From Octopus bimaculoides (taxonomy: Eukaryota), in assembly GCF_001194135.2 (NCBI RefSeq), contig NC_068985.1:100992270-101047139 (forward strand): a stretch of 54,870 nucleotides of DNA, in the 5' to 3' direction. The notes beneath the pieces are model-generated. The model searched no databases. It worked only from the letters and a program-made list of their open reading frames with translations, and was not told the DNA's origin. Of the stretch, positions 24,950 to 37,500 are shown one piece after another. A program made the translations under genes and the position numbers. The number at the start of each line of letters is the position of its first letter. Within the stretch, counting starts at the first letter, position 1.

Positions 24950-26844
24950 NNNNNNNNNNNNNNNNNNNNNNNNNNNNNNNNNNNNNNNNNNNNNNNNNNN
25001 NNNNNNNNNNNNNNNNNNNNNNNNNNNNNNNNNNNNNNNNNNNNNNNNNNNNNNNNNNNNNNNNNNNNNNNNNNNNNNNNNNNNNNNNNNNNNNNNNNNN
25101 NNNNNNNNNNNNNNNNNNNNNNNNNNNNNNNNNNNNNNNNNNNNNNNNNNNNNNNNNNNNNNNNNNNNNNNNNNNNNNNNNNNNNNNNNNNNNNNNNNNN
25201 NNNNNNNNNNNNNNNNNNNNNNNNNNNNNNNNNNNNNNNNNNNNNNNNNNNNNNNNNNNNNNNNNNNNNNNNNNNNNNNNNNNNNNNNNNNNNNNNNNNN
25301 NNNNNNNNNNNNNNNNNNNNNNNNNNNNNNNNNNNNNNNNNNNNNNNNNNNNNNNNNNNNNNNNNNNNNNNNNNNNNNNNNNNNNNNNNNNNNNNNNNNN
25401 NNNNNNNNNNNNNNNNNNNNNNNNNNNNNNNNNNNNNNNNNNNNNNNNNNNNNNNNNNNNNNNNNNNNNNNNNNNNNNNNNNNNNNNNNNNNNNNNNNNN
25501 NNNNATATATATATATATATATATATATAGGTTTAAATTCCTTTAAGAATGTTTCAAACTACGTGAAGTAAGTGTGAAATCTCGTTTGTGCCATTCTACA
25601 TTTTATACATCACGAATTAAACATAAGGTACTACATGACATACGCCTAATTGAGAATAAACAGCAATATCTATTGTGCTAATATGGTATTAATGTTCCTA
25701 TAAGCTAATTAATCCAGATTTTACCTAACAGGAGTTTTAAAGGAAATGTACATATTTGAAAGCAAAATGTTTTATTGAAATGAATCAAATTGAAATATTA
25801 ATTAAAGGTGCAATATCTTAAATTTATCGGAAAGGAAAAGCGGTTTTGTGAAATTCAGCCCATTAACGAAATAATTGACGTTGTAAAACATACATGAACT
25901 TCACTGAATCCTTTCATAATTACTATGAATGTGTGGCTTAAAATTTATTTAGAAAATTAAATGCTAAATTTTCATAAAATTTAGATTAATCCTTTATTTC
26001 TATTCGAAATAAAATGAATAAATGCTACACAAAGGAAAAGATATTGATTATTTTATCTTTCGGCACGATGTCATATTAAAAAATAGCAAAATGGTAAGGC
26101 ATTCTTTATGTTTCCCAAGAAAATTAACTGCAATAGCGAAAATAAAATGGTTATAAAAGGATGTTTCAATCGCGCCGCCTTTCTTGATAGCTATAGGCTA
26201 TATAATTGTATAATTGTTCATCAATGAAATTCTGCAACAAAGGGAAGTACGCATTGTGTTAAACAACAAAATCCTGTAATAAAGAGGAAGGTGTTTATAT
26301 GAAGATATGCACGTAGATTAATTGTAGGTTTTTGCGGGTTAACTCGCTTGCAACAAGAGCATCGAAGTATTAACCTGCAGTGGAATGTCAGAGCAATAGG
26401 AACAAATATTTCCGAAATAATAGCAATATTATATGATGCTACTGATTAGGCTAAACTCAACATGCATTTCTCAGAAACATCTTTATATGGATCTCATTTG
26501 ATATGTTATAAAATCTTTATTGTTTACAAAAGGACATAAAAATCTTTCAAATTTTTATGAATACTCTAGAACTTAATAGAGGGTTTATACATTGTCCAAT
26601 CGATTAGTTTATAAAATATCAGGAAATTCATGTGCAGAATAAATTTCAAACTTGTGATGTCAATTCCAAAAGGAAGGAGAAGCTCGTAAATAGAAAATCG
26701 CAAACAGATGAAAAACTTATCTATACATATGGTCTCAAACACACACATAAGCAAATAATTTCAAGTATGCAGGAGGCGTGTTTCGAGGAATGCATTTATA
26801 GTTATAAAAGAAGAAATAAATAGATGGATAAATAGGCAGGAACT

Positions 26845-26906
26845 TAGGCATGTAGGTAGACAGGTAGGTAGGTAGGTAGGTAGGTAGGTAGGTAGGTAGG
26901 TTGGTT
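26845..26906. repeat. (TAGG)n array left of SINE C
   Basis: Directly visible. Confidence 0.9.
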
Positions 26907-27287
26907 GGTACTTCGTCGGTTACGACGACGAGGGTTCCAGTTGAGCCGATCAACGTAACAGCCAGCTCGTGAAATTAACGTGCAAGTGGGTGAGCACTCC
27001 ACAGAAACGTGTATCCTTAACGTAGTCCTCGGGGAGATTCAGTGTGACACAGAGTGTGACAAGGCTGGCCCCTTTAATATACAAGTACAACAGAAATAGG
27101 GAGAAAGAGTGAGAGAATGTTGCGGTGAAAGAATACAACAGGGTTCGCCACTACCTCCAGCCGGAGAGTCGCGGAGCTTTAGGTGGTTTCGCTAAATAAA
27201 CACTCAAAACGCCCGGTCTAGGAATCGAAACCGCAACCCTACGACCGCGAGTTTGCTGCCCTAACCACTGGGCCATTGTGCCTCCAC
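26907..27287 (-). mobile_element. SINE family C, full-length, tRNA-derived head
   Basis: Minus strand A-box TGGCCCAGTGG (27265-27275) and B-box GGTTTCGATTCC (27221-27232); body matches 45175-45428. Confidence 0.88.
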
Positions 27288-27288
27288 A

Positions 27289-27404
27289 GGTAGGTAGGTA
27301 GATAGGTAGTTAGGTAGGTAGGTAAGTAGGTAGGTAGGTAGTTAAGCTACATATATAGATATATAGATAGATTGACAGACATATAGATAGATAGATAGAT
27401 AGAT

Positions 27405-27463
<59 letters not shown>

Positions 27464-27480
27464 TAGATAGATAGATAAAC
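27289..27480. repeat. (TAGG)n, (GATA)n and (GA)n microsatellites
   Basis: Directly visible. Confidence 0.9.
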
Positions 27481-27639
27481 GTACATTGAGTGTTGGAGAG
27501 ATGTTAGGATTGTGAGACAGACATGGAAACATAGAGATGGGAATGTAGGATTGTGCCTAAATGAAACTAAAATAAAGAACACTACTCTTGGTCACGAATG
27601 AATATAGGATTATACCTAGAAAGTTCGCATTAGAAACAT

Positions 27640-27915
27640 GCCAGCGCTGGTTTGTTTGTGAAAGGCCAACATATGCCAATGCATACCCGTCACTCCTCTC
27701 CAAGCAACCTAAGTTACCCTAGGGAAAGAAAGGTAAAGTGACCGATACGACTTGGCACCAGTGACGTCGAAGCTCATTTTTAAAGCTGAGTCAGTTGGAG
27801 CCGTACTATATAAAGTGTCTTGATCAAGAACAAAATACACAGCCCGGCCCAGGAATCGAACTCACATACTTATCATTGTACGATTGACGATGTAACCACT
27901 GAGCCATGCGCATTC
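27640..27915 (-). mobile_element. SINE family D, tRNA-derived head
   Basis: Minus strand A-box TGGCTCAGTGG and B-box GAGTTCGATTCC followed by gggccgggct; body shared with 23110-23448. Confidence 0.8.
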
Positions 27916-27977
27916 ATCATGCTTAAATATAAGTGTATAAATGTACATACTTTTCAAATTCATTGTGTATAATATCT

Positions 27978-28378
27978 CTTATGTTACTTGTTTCAATCAT
28001 TTAACTGTAACCATGCTAGGGTGCCAACTTGAAGGGTTTTAGTCGAACAAATGAACTATGATGTATTATTTTTTGGAAGTCTAGTTCTTAATCTATCACA
28101 TTTTTTTTTGCCGAATTGCTAAGTTACAGGGATGTTAAAGTACTGCCATCGGTTGTCAAGCGGTGGCGGGTGAAACACACAGACTCAGAGACACACACTC
28201 ACATAGATATATACACAGCTACACCCTACTGGCTTCTGTCTACCAAATCAACTTAGAAGGTTTTGGTCGGCCCGAGTCTATAGTAGCAGACTTGCCTAAG
28301 ATGTCACGTAGTGGGACTGAACCCGGAGCAATGCAGTAAGGAACGGAGCTTCTTACCACACGGCCAAGCCTGTGTCTA
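27978..28378 (-). mobile_element. SINE family A, full-length older copy
   Basis: A-box TGGCCGTGTGG and B-box GGTTCAGTCCC on minus strand; body and tail collinear with 24628-24949. Confidence 0.85.
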
Positions 28379-29052
28379 TATTTATCATTATCACATGTCG
28401 GCAGAGTGAAATGAAGTTAATTTTTGGCAATATGTTCCGCCGTAGAATAACTTCGGTTCTAAGTTCAACTAGTTAATCAATATCGCTGAATTACGCTTAC
28501 TGTTAATTGAATCAGTCAACTAATCCAATAATAAGATACGGATATATGGAGGAAATTATGCTGCACGAGAAAGATATGCAAAATATACGAGAAGTCATTT
28601 TCTTATGATATTGTTTACGTAAGATAGTATCGATACATAAATGAAATCCTATTATGTTCGTTCTTGGCCACTGGTAGTAAATATGAATGCAACTGCAGCG
28701 GATGATACGATATAAAGCAAGAACCTAATCAAGTATTTCTGTTTATCGAGAGGCAAGTGCGAAATACCACAACATAACAAAAATTAACAACGGCTAATGT
28801 TACTACATAATATCATCAGAAATACCAAGATATATATATATATAATCGTTTAGGTAATTTCTGAAGTAGATCTAAAGGATGATTTCATATGAGTATTAGT
28901 GGGTGTGTGTGTGTGTTCGTGTATTCGTGTAAAATCATATTTAACACATTTGAGTTTACAGGGACATAGCGCATGTCAAGGGACAAGCAAACAGTATTCA
29001 CTTTATGTTCAAATGACATCATTTATAGTCCATTTTTTTAGTAAGAACACCG

Positions 29053-29055
<3 letters not shown>

Positions 29056-29123
<68 letters not shown>
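29056..29123. repeat. (GT)n microsatellite
   Basis: Directly visible. Confidence 0.95.
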
Positions 29124-29124
<1 letters not shown>

Positions 29125-29646
29125 CTTCGAATATTTTTAACCGAAAACGAAACAGAAATCGGTTATAGTGAAATATATGCGAATGAATTAATTTAATAAC
29201 CATCGAAAACGAATTTTAGATATATCTTGTGTCAAAGGATATTTAGAAAAACGAATTATCAGGCGACAGGAAATAAAAAATAATTTGAAAATTGAAAGTA
29301 AGTGAGGTATATGATTGGTGTTGCAGTGCTTCTTGTAATTTCTCATATGAGGTATATAAAATAATTATCGTCTTGACAGAACGTCATGAATAATTTATGT
29401 ACATATAAAATATGTAATAAACTTGATGGATAAATATACCTTAGCCAAAAATGTACGAAACTCTTGTGAACTATGATGCATTTCGCGATGAATTTTTGTA
29501 TTAACAAGCGATCTCTTGTAACTTGCGTAAATAGCTCAGATGAAAGGTGAAGTAGAATTAGCAAACACCACATAAACTGTTTCCAGTAAATACATAGACA
29601 CAGATACAGACAGGCAGACTCACATACACACATGCCCACGCGCGCG

Positions 29647-29691
<45 letters not shown>

Positions 29692-30927
29692 CAATCTGAG
29701 TGATGTTCTCTGTCCGTTACGATTTTATATTCGTTAACTGCTAGATCGTTGATGCAAGGAAAACGAAACTCAAACCAGCAACTCCCTTAATTCCAAGGAA
29801 TGTCGTAAGAGGGTCTATATTTTTAAGGCCTGCCTAATTGGGGCGACAATGGCTACCCCCGATTTATACAGCTTTTGAAACAAAATACACAGCTTTGGCA
29901 ACGAAATAGGAGCAATGACGATGAATGTTCATATCATGAGGCCTCACTGCCTCATCATTTTTACTGCATTTACTTAGTTCCTACGCTTATTGACTAAATT
30001 ATCATCAGCAGCATTGCTTAGCGCAGATGCAGAAATAAATTTAAGTATTCTAAATACCTTCACGTACATTCAAATCGAGATAAAGTTATGACAGGTACGT
30101 TTCACTGTTTCCCTTTATTTTATAAATGTCTTTTAATACCTGGCATAACATAAATAAGAAAACATTAAATTAAAATACATTTTTAATAAAGTATTTCATT
30201 CCATAGCGCCACTAATCCAATTACGTCACTCACTCTTCTGAGACTGGGTTTGACGTCATTCTTAAAACTCAAGATATCGTCTACGCAAATAATAGACTTG
30301 TTCAGAATTTCTAAGTCCCGTTTGGAATCTGCTCCCCAAATTGCAGTTTAAAATTGTGATTGACAAATATTTTACATCACCTGGAGAACTTGCATGCCGT
30401 TTCAATGCATCTGAACGGTTTGAGGTTGCTAGAGAAGGGGTGGAGAATTTCATTTCAAAATCAATATTATTCTGAAGTACAAAGACAAGGCCGTCAAACT
30501 ATATGAAACAAACCTGAGATGATTCACTATATATGATTTCAAATACAATAAAACTATTTTCCCCTTCACTTACCTTCACCTTTGTATAATACACTATGCG
30601 TGTTGTAAAAGGTGACTGAAGTGGGTATTACAACAGCAGCAAGGTTTCAAACGTTGTTTGCATGGCACTGACGTGTTCTTTAACAACAGCATATCCGCAA
30701 TGAGTTCACTGTGTTGGGGTATGTTGAGGCTGCCTTTAAACAATCCAAGCCATCTCTGCAGCGAACAGATGGTACAGTAACAGTTTCTGGGTGATACTTT
30801 GGTGAGAGATAACGGCAGATCTTGATTCGGTTGCGGGCGATCTGGTAACGCTAGATGCAGCCATCTCACTGCGGCGAAGAAGACAACGGGAAAATAATTT
30901 ACAACTTTACAATTACCAAGAACTATC

Positions 30928-31029
30928 ATGGATAATCGCAATCCAATACTGGGTGCTAACGGCATGAAGGGAGCTTTTCTGTCAAATAAGGATGGCGCTT
31001 CACCCAGTCGTACATCCAATGAGTATCAG
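30928..31029 (+). other. Candidate first coding exon in a CpG-rich stretch
   Basis: ATG in good context (atcATGG), MDNRNPILGANGMKGAFLSNKDGASPSRTSNEYQ, donor CAG|GTGCGT; no homology recognised. Confidence 0.2.
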
Positions 31030-32519
31030 GTGCGTTCGACTCCCGGAAAACAACTGTTAGCAATAGAATGCCATGAGACTTCGAAATATGAGAACTTTAC
31101 CTCAAAGCGGCAAGCTTGAGAATGTTAAGCGAGACATGATGAGATTAAGCATCAACAATGAAATAAGGTTGACGAATCATACTAACTCCATCATCGTTTC
31201 GTGTATCATCCAAACCTGCATTGAATTCATGTTGAAAAACTGTGTACATATCAATTTTTCGTTGAATCTTATATTTTAACGCAAAAATTAGAATACCTTG
31301 TGAGTAGGACTGCTATTTAGGACAGCTCTAACTCAACTAAAACTCCATATATGTTTAGCGCATTTGTGGATGCTGAATGCCATCCCATCCTCTCAGACGT
31401 ACACGCTTGTAGCTTTATTTTTCTGGATGTAATTCCTTAATTATGAAAGTCTTGTCTATCTGTATGATATATACGTTCAATTATTTTTGGTTGTAGTATA
31501 TAGCCTTAGAACACTTCTGACGGTTAAACGTCATTTCAGTATCTTCAATAATTTGCTTTACTATAGTTAAAAGCTCTTGCAGTTATTGATCTCTTTTCGT
31601 CATAAACTCTTGAACTTTCAAGTAAAGGAGGTGAATAATGTGTATCCCGTATGTCTGCTTCAATGTTTTTTACCATCAGCGGCGTACTTAGGATAACGAG
31701 AGACCCACGAATGTGTTGTGGTGATAGATAATCAAATTGAAAAGCGCCGCAATTTAATCAGTGTCACCAGCGTACATAGAACATGTCTATGAATTAATCG
31801 TAAGAGTTCATACAATTCGAGGGTAGATTACCAACAACAGGAAAGGTTTTATAGACTTCCAGGTATAGCTCAATGCAACTATGGAAAAGTCTGTCAAATG
31901 CATTTCTCAACAATCAATGGTGTTCAAAGATTATTGTGTGGTTAGTGACAATACTCTAGAAAAAAAAATTATTTTGTTTATTGGTGATTACCTTGCGACC
32001 CATCAGGAAGACGCATATGAATTCGGCAATTGTTGGTGTTAGTAAGTTATACATGATTATAAGACGTTACTTGGTAGTTTTAGGAGTTTTTAATTTCGTT
32101 ACTTTCGGTGAGTAGGTGACTCCATTTACCACCAGAAAGGACTTTTTTTTACCTAGAGACATACGTAATGCTATTGTTGGCGTGTATCAGTTTCACAATG
32201 TTGTTGTTGTTGCTATTATCAACATTATTATTATTATTATTTTATGTTTGACTTTTGTTTTGCATTTGTACAAGTTGGATCCAAGTCTCACCCAGAGACC
32301 TCAAGAGACAACAAGTTAGAAGTTCATGTAGGTGTTATGCCTAGGGTACCATATATTTGGATTTGTACAGTTTTGTTCAAGTGAATGTTTAAGGAACCAT
32401 AAGAAAATTATGTTTGTTTTAACATTTGATATCACATAGACAGTATTTTACGTAGGATATGGGCAGTTCCCATGAGCACTATCTTTTGAACTNNNNNNNN
32501 NNGATCTTTATATTTGCTC

Positions 32520-32538
32520 ATATTATTATTATTATTAA

Positions 32539-32600
<62 letters not shown>

Positions 32601-32657
32601 GTATTACTATTATTACTATTATTATTATTACTATTATTATTATTGTTGTTGTTGTTG

Positions 32658-32700
<43 letters not shown>

Positions 32701-32835
32701 TACTATTATTATTATTAATATTATTATTATTATTATCATTATTATTATTGTTATTATCATCATCATCATCATCACCATCATCATATTAACCATCATCATT
32801 ATCGTTATTCATTATTATTATTATTATTATTCATT
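32520..32835. repeat. Compound trinucleotide array (ATT/ACT/GTT/ATC)
   Basis: Directly visible; source of the poly-I and poly-L ORFs. Confidence 0.95.
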
Positions 32836-32979
32836 ATATAGGTTGTAAGTCATGCATGTACGGAGAGTGACACAATCGATTAAATTGGTACCCAATGTTT
32901 GAATAATAATTATTCATAGAGACGAATATGATGAAAAGGAACGTCAAATTCCTGAAAAAGAAGAAAATGTACTTCCAAA

Positions 32980-33350
32980 AAACACTGTATCAACTTTCGG
33001 ACAGCAAATACATCTAATCAACAAAGAGTAGCAAATATACATGCACAAAATGTCATGTGTTGTAACTTGATGAATTCGAATAAAGACATATGCTTACATT
33101 GTAAAGTCTTATATAAGTTGAATGTCCTTCACATCAATAGAAAAAAAGTTTAACAAACTACGGAAATTTTGCATTAGGAAAGACCACAATACGACAGAGA
33201 ACAAGTTTCATATCGTTTTCCATAACATTGATGATATTATGTGTGTGATTGACATATCAATACCGAATGGCAATCGTGTTTTGTAAGATTGAAAGGAAAA
33301 GCTATGAAAATCACACCGACATGGCTGTGTTGGTTCTGAAGGACAAGGCA
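32980..33350 (+). mobile_element. Second R4/Dong-type fragment (restriction-like endonuclease region), very degenerate
   Basis: NKFHIVFHN..MCVIDISIPNGNRV....KEKL.K (cf. NRPDIVV..K..C.LIDISIP.D..V..KE.EKL.KY); IDISIP at ~33248-33265. Confidence 0.55.
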
Positions 33351-33599
33351 ATATAAATATTTGTTATTTGTGTATACGTAATTTAATATAGCTGCCATAG
33401 AATAAGGTTATGTGTGAATGTTTTGTTGGTTTGACATGTCACACACACAGACATTTAGAAAGATGTGAAAAAGGAAATAAATAAAAGAAGTAGCATTTCT
33501 TCCTATCACGTATTCCAAAGTGTAATTCATCACTATCATCATTGCTAGGAGAAAAACTACTTCTACTACTACTACAATGGTAATAATAAATATTATATA

Positions 33600-33659
33600 A
33601 AGAAGAAGAAGAAGAAGAAGAAGAAGAAGAAGAAGAAGAAGAAGAAGAAGAAGAAGAAG

Positions 33660-33691
<32 letters not shown>

Positions 33692-33790
33692 CCACAACAA
33701 CAAAAGCAGATNNNNNNNNNNCAACAACACAACCACCACCACCACCACCACAACAACAACAACAACAACAACAACATGAACAACAACAGT
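33600..33790. repeat. (AAG)n/(AAC)n/(ACC)n compound array
   Basis: Directly visible; 10-nt gap at 33712-33721. Confidence 0.95.
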
Positions 33791-33814
33791 ATCGCTCGAA
33801 GAGAGTGGGCAGAA

Positions 33815-33985
33815 ATCTGGAAGCAAACAATTTCATTCTAGGAGCGCAGGAAGGTTGCTGCAAAGGTTCATATGGCTGTAAACACCAGTTATTAATTAAC
33901 AAAATCTTAATTGAAGACAGCTGAAAGAAAAAAGAAGCGTCCAAGCATGGCTTGGGTCGAATATCGAAAGGTTTACATTCATTTA
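33815..33985 (+). mobile_element. R4/Dong-type reverse transcriptase fragment (early RT motifs)
   Basis: LEANNFILGAQEGCCKGSYGCKHQLLINKILIEDS*KKK..SMAWVEYRK (cf. EQKGCRKGSYGCKDQLLINK..LSMAWIDYKKAFDS). Confidence 0.75.
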
Positions 33986-33989
33986 AGAT

Positions 33990-34300
33990 TACCATTTCTT
34001 CCTAAGGAAATACAGCTTAAGTTGCTTACTTTTTGCATAATTGTAGCATGGAAGCTTCCTACCATCGATTTCCATCAGTAGATGGTATCCTCCATGGATA
34101 TATGTAATGTTGAAGAATTCATTTCACTAAAATTTAAATCCCCAAACCTATTCCGCTTCAACTTATTTTTCAGATTTTCGTTTTTTCTTTCCAGAAGCAT
34201 GGAAGGTTGTTTTAAGGCCACCAGATTTATAATTATGGCAGTATATTTGAGATTTATCCGTGCATCATTCTCCCTCAAGCGTAAATGGATATTTCTGAGA
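33990..34300 (-). mobile_element. Possible CR1/L2-like APE endonuclease remnant
   Basis: Minus-strand GDLNFSEMN (cf. GDFNFP.INW) and a downstream RNGNL-like motif; weak. Confidence 0.35.
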
Positions 34301-34793
34301 AATGTCTAGTTGTTTGTAGGGCGTAAAAGTGTTTCTAAGTTAAGGTATTCGAACGGAAAACAACACAGAATTATCCGAATCTAAGGGACATATTCGATCT
34401 AAAAATCATAATAGTGTACTGTTATAAACATATATTTCTCCACTTTACAATGTCCAATCATAATTTCGGTTTGTTTTGTTAGTTTTGTATAATTTCCTCG
34501 AAATATACCTGCACTGAGTACTGCGAAACAAAGAAGAGACGCGCATATTCAGAGGGGTTGTTTCTGTACATGTTCGTTGAAGTCTTGTCTATAATGATCA
34601 CGTGCAAACAGTAGATCGTGTTTCGGAAGGAAAATATGAAGTCTTTGGCTCCCCTAAAGTGAATATAATTTTGAGATTATATCCCCACGGTCAGTGGAGT
34701 TGTTCTAGATCACCAGTTCATAATTCTGACACACACCTAGCGACAGAGTTATTCCGCATGCTTGTATTTGTCTATATACAGACGCATATATAC

Positions 34794-35193
34794 ATAAAAT
34801 CAAAATAAACAACAAGGATATCCAAAGTTAATGCAGTACGACCGTTTCTTGCGACTCCATCTATTTAAGCAATGTGAACATTACATTAAATGTAAAATGT
34901 AGAGCAATCTTCAGCTGCACAAAGATATAGAAATTTTCTGAAATTTCATTTCAACAGGACATATTTTAACTACGTTTAAACTACATTTAAACTCTCCAAG
35001 TTTAAATGTAGTTACAAAAATAAGTCCTTCTGTTGAAATGAAATTTCAGTAAATTTCTATATCTGTGTGCAGTTGAGTATTGGTCCGCATTTTACATTTA
35101 ATGTAATGTTCACATTGCTTAAATAAATGGAGTAGCATGAAACGATCGTACTGCATTAACTTTGGATATCATTGTTGCTTATTTTGATTTTAT
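34794..35193. repeat. 400-bp palindrome (foldback/MITE-like): ~200-bp arms, 5-nt loop
   Basis: ATAAAATCAAAATAAACAACAAGGATATCCAAAGTTAATGCAGTACGA... pairs with ...TCGTACTGCATTAACTTTGGATATCATTGTTGCTTATTTTGATTTTAT; centre AACTACATTTAAACT-CTCCA-AGTTTAAATGTAGTT (loop 34994-34998). Confidence 0.92.
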
Positions 35194-35306
35194 TCACCAT
35201 GTTTCGGAATTGTATGGATAATACCATACTTAATTCTGGTGCCTAAACTTAAGTACCGTATTCACATTGAATCTCAATTTTATGTATATATGTGTGTGTG
35301 TGTGTA

Positions 35307-35343
<37 letters not shown>

Positions 35344-36579
35344 GTATGTATGTATGTATTATGTATGTATGTATGTATGTATGTATGTATATATGTGCGT
35401 GCGCGTGCGTGTGTGTATGTATGTATGTATGTATGTATGTATGTATGCACGTCTGTATGTCTATCGAGAGAACGTTTTGTCAATCAAATTTCAACCCATG
35501 CTGGCGCACAGTGGACAGCTTACGTTGGATGTACTGAATTTCCAAAGAGGCAAATGGCTTTCTAATAGCTGGCCTATTTTTAGTGTATCATACATTTTCT
35601 TATGCGATTTATTCACAGAATACTTGTTTTCCTAATAAATACGTTCATTTCTTTTTAGATCATATCTTCTTCACCGCCTTCTTTTTCTCCTTCTTAAAAC
35701 AAATTTCATCCTTCTTATTTTCTTTACTTCTATTTGAACATTAATTTTCCTGTTACTCTACTTCAACTATTCTCTCCTTTATTCACTATTTATATTTTCT
35801 CTTTGTATTGTAATACATGCATATTTGCTTAATTGCAGTTATATTTAGCATGCATTTCACAATTTCTTCTGGTTAATGTGTAATAAACTGGTTGTAAATT
35901 CACAACAAAATATTCTTGCAAATTATTGTTAAAGCATTGTTTGTCTATGCAGTCTTGGCATTCATTTTGCTAAATAGATTTCAGCTTGTTAGCTAACCGC
36001 AAAGGAGAAAATTTAATCATGCATTCTATTAAATCGCGGTGAATTCATACAAACATGTAACGTAAAAATAACATAAAAGAATATAAATAAATCTTATTCG
36101 TTCGTGATAGATGTTGCTTAATGACATTTGTCAGGAAGACCATTTTCTGTTTCCTGAAATGTGTTGTGCATGTGTAAGAGTGTTTCCGCTATTTGCAATC
36201 GTCAATAAAAATCATGCTTAATTCTATTCTTGTGAAATCCGTCCTAAACACGTTATTGTGCTAAGAGAATCACACAGAGTTCTGTTAGAATGTATATTTA
36301 CACTGCACTGGTAAAGGAGAGCATACACTTCTTGTTTGTATTTCTGCCGTCAAAATAACAGGAAAACAATTGTAAATTGAAGAACTTTCTTGAAGTTATT
36401 TTCAGTACGATAACACTACAGATAGAAATACAATGATATTGTGTGTGGTAGTGCAATATTTTTGTGTGCATGTAGCTATGTAAGTGAATGAGTTTTTGGA
36501 TGCAAACGCACATATTCATACACACGAACGCTCATATATGTATATATATAGTTATATATACATATATACACATATGTTC

Positions 36580-37500
36580 ATAGGCTGAACAAAATACTCA
36601 CATGGAATATGAACAAATCAGTTCTATTATTCAACGTAGTCTCCTTGCGGTTCAGACACTTCATCCATCGATGTTGCAGTGCTTGGATCCCATAGGTGAA
36701 AAAGCTTTCATCTTATTGGGAAAAAAGACGTCATTAACAAAATATTTGACGTCATCATCAATGCACTACGCAATGTCAGCAATTTTGTTTTTTCGCATGT
36801 TGGCTAATGGATAATAGTCAGAAAGGGCAAAATAATTACATTTAGTAGGGCGATCGATAAGATCAAAGTCTCAGTCATGTACAGCAGTCATTGAAACCAA
36901 GAGATTGTGTATCCGAGTTTTGTCCTGATGAAACAAGTCCCCTTTCGTCAATTTTCATGAGAATTTGCGTTTGATAGCCTTTCATAACTGCTTCTGTAAG
37001 TCGGCATAGTACTTTCTGTTGAGAGCTTGACCCCTGTGAAGATAGTCAATAAATACAATGCTTTTTACGTTCCCCAAACCTGAGGTCATCACCTTCCTAG
37101 CCTATGAAATGACCTTGACCTAATTTGCAGCGGGTTGGGCTGAGAATTTCCACTTCATGGATAGTCTTCTATTTTCTGGCTGAGAGTGATGAAGCCATGA
37201 TGGGTAAGGGAACATTCTCAAAAATCTGTTGGATCTGCTTCGATGTCAGATTTTCCCGTGATGTCATAAGCCTCGTATACTTTCGATCAGGTGTCAGAAG
37301 ATGCGGCACCCATCCCACGGAAACCTACATCATGCCGAGTTCATAATGCATAATATTCTCAACTCCCTCAAGTGACATGCTAATAGCATTGGCTATTTGA
37401 TTTATACTCAATCGTCTGTGAGCCATCATCATGTGGGAAACACGATTAATGTTTTCTTCGACTATGATAGGTGCCGCGCCCCAGATATTGAGTCATCTTG
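36580..37500 (-). mobile_element. DD34D mariner transposon remnant, 5'-truncated, transposase pseudogene (stop at 36627-36629)
   Basis: EENINRV..RRLSINQIA..WVPHLLTPD..RENL; WLHH.QPE..SMKWK; KVM...IVFIDYL.RGQ.LN.KYY; FHQD-x34-SDYY (counted); GIQALQHRWMKCLNRKGDYVE*; several in-frame stops and frameshifts. Confidence 0.9.

Noticed and set aside
27200-28378. tRNA-like A/B-box sequences as real tRNA genes
   Set aside because: No complete cloverleaf, and each continues into a multi-copy SINE body.
30594-31019. 141-aa Cys-rich minus-strand ORF
   Set aside because: No recognisable domain; long ORFs are expected by chance in this GC-richer patch.
32459-33995. Poly-I, poly-L, poly-C and poly-V ORFs
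   Set aside because: Products of ATT/AAG/AAC microsatellites; the non-repetitive part of 33408-33995 is antisense to an RT fragment.
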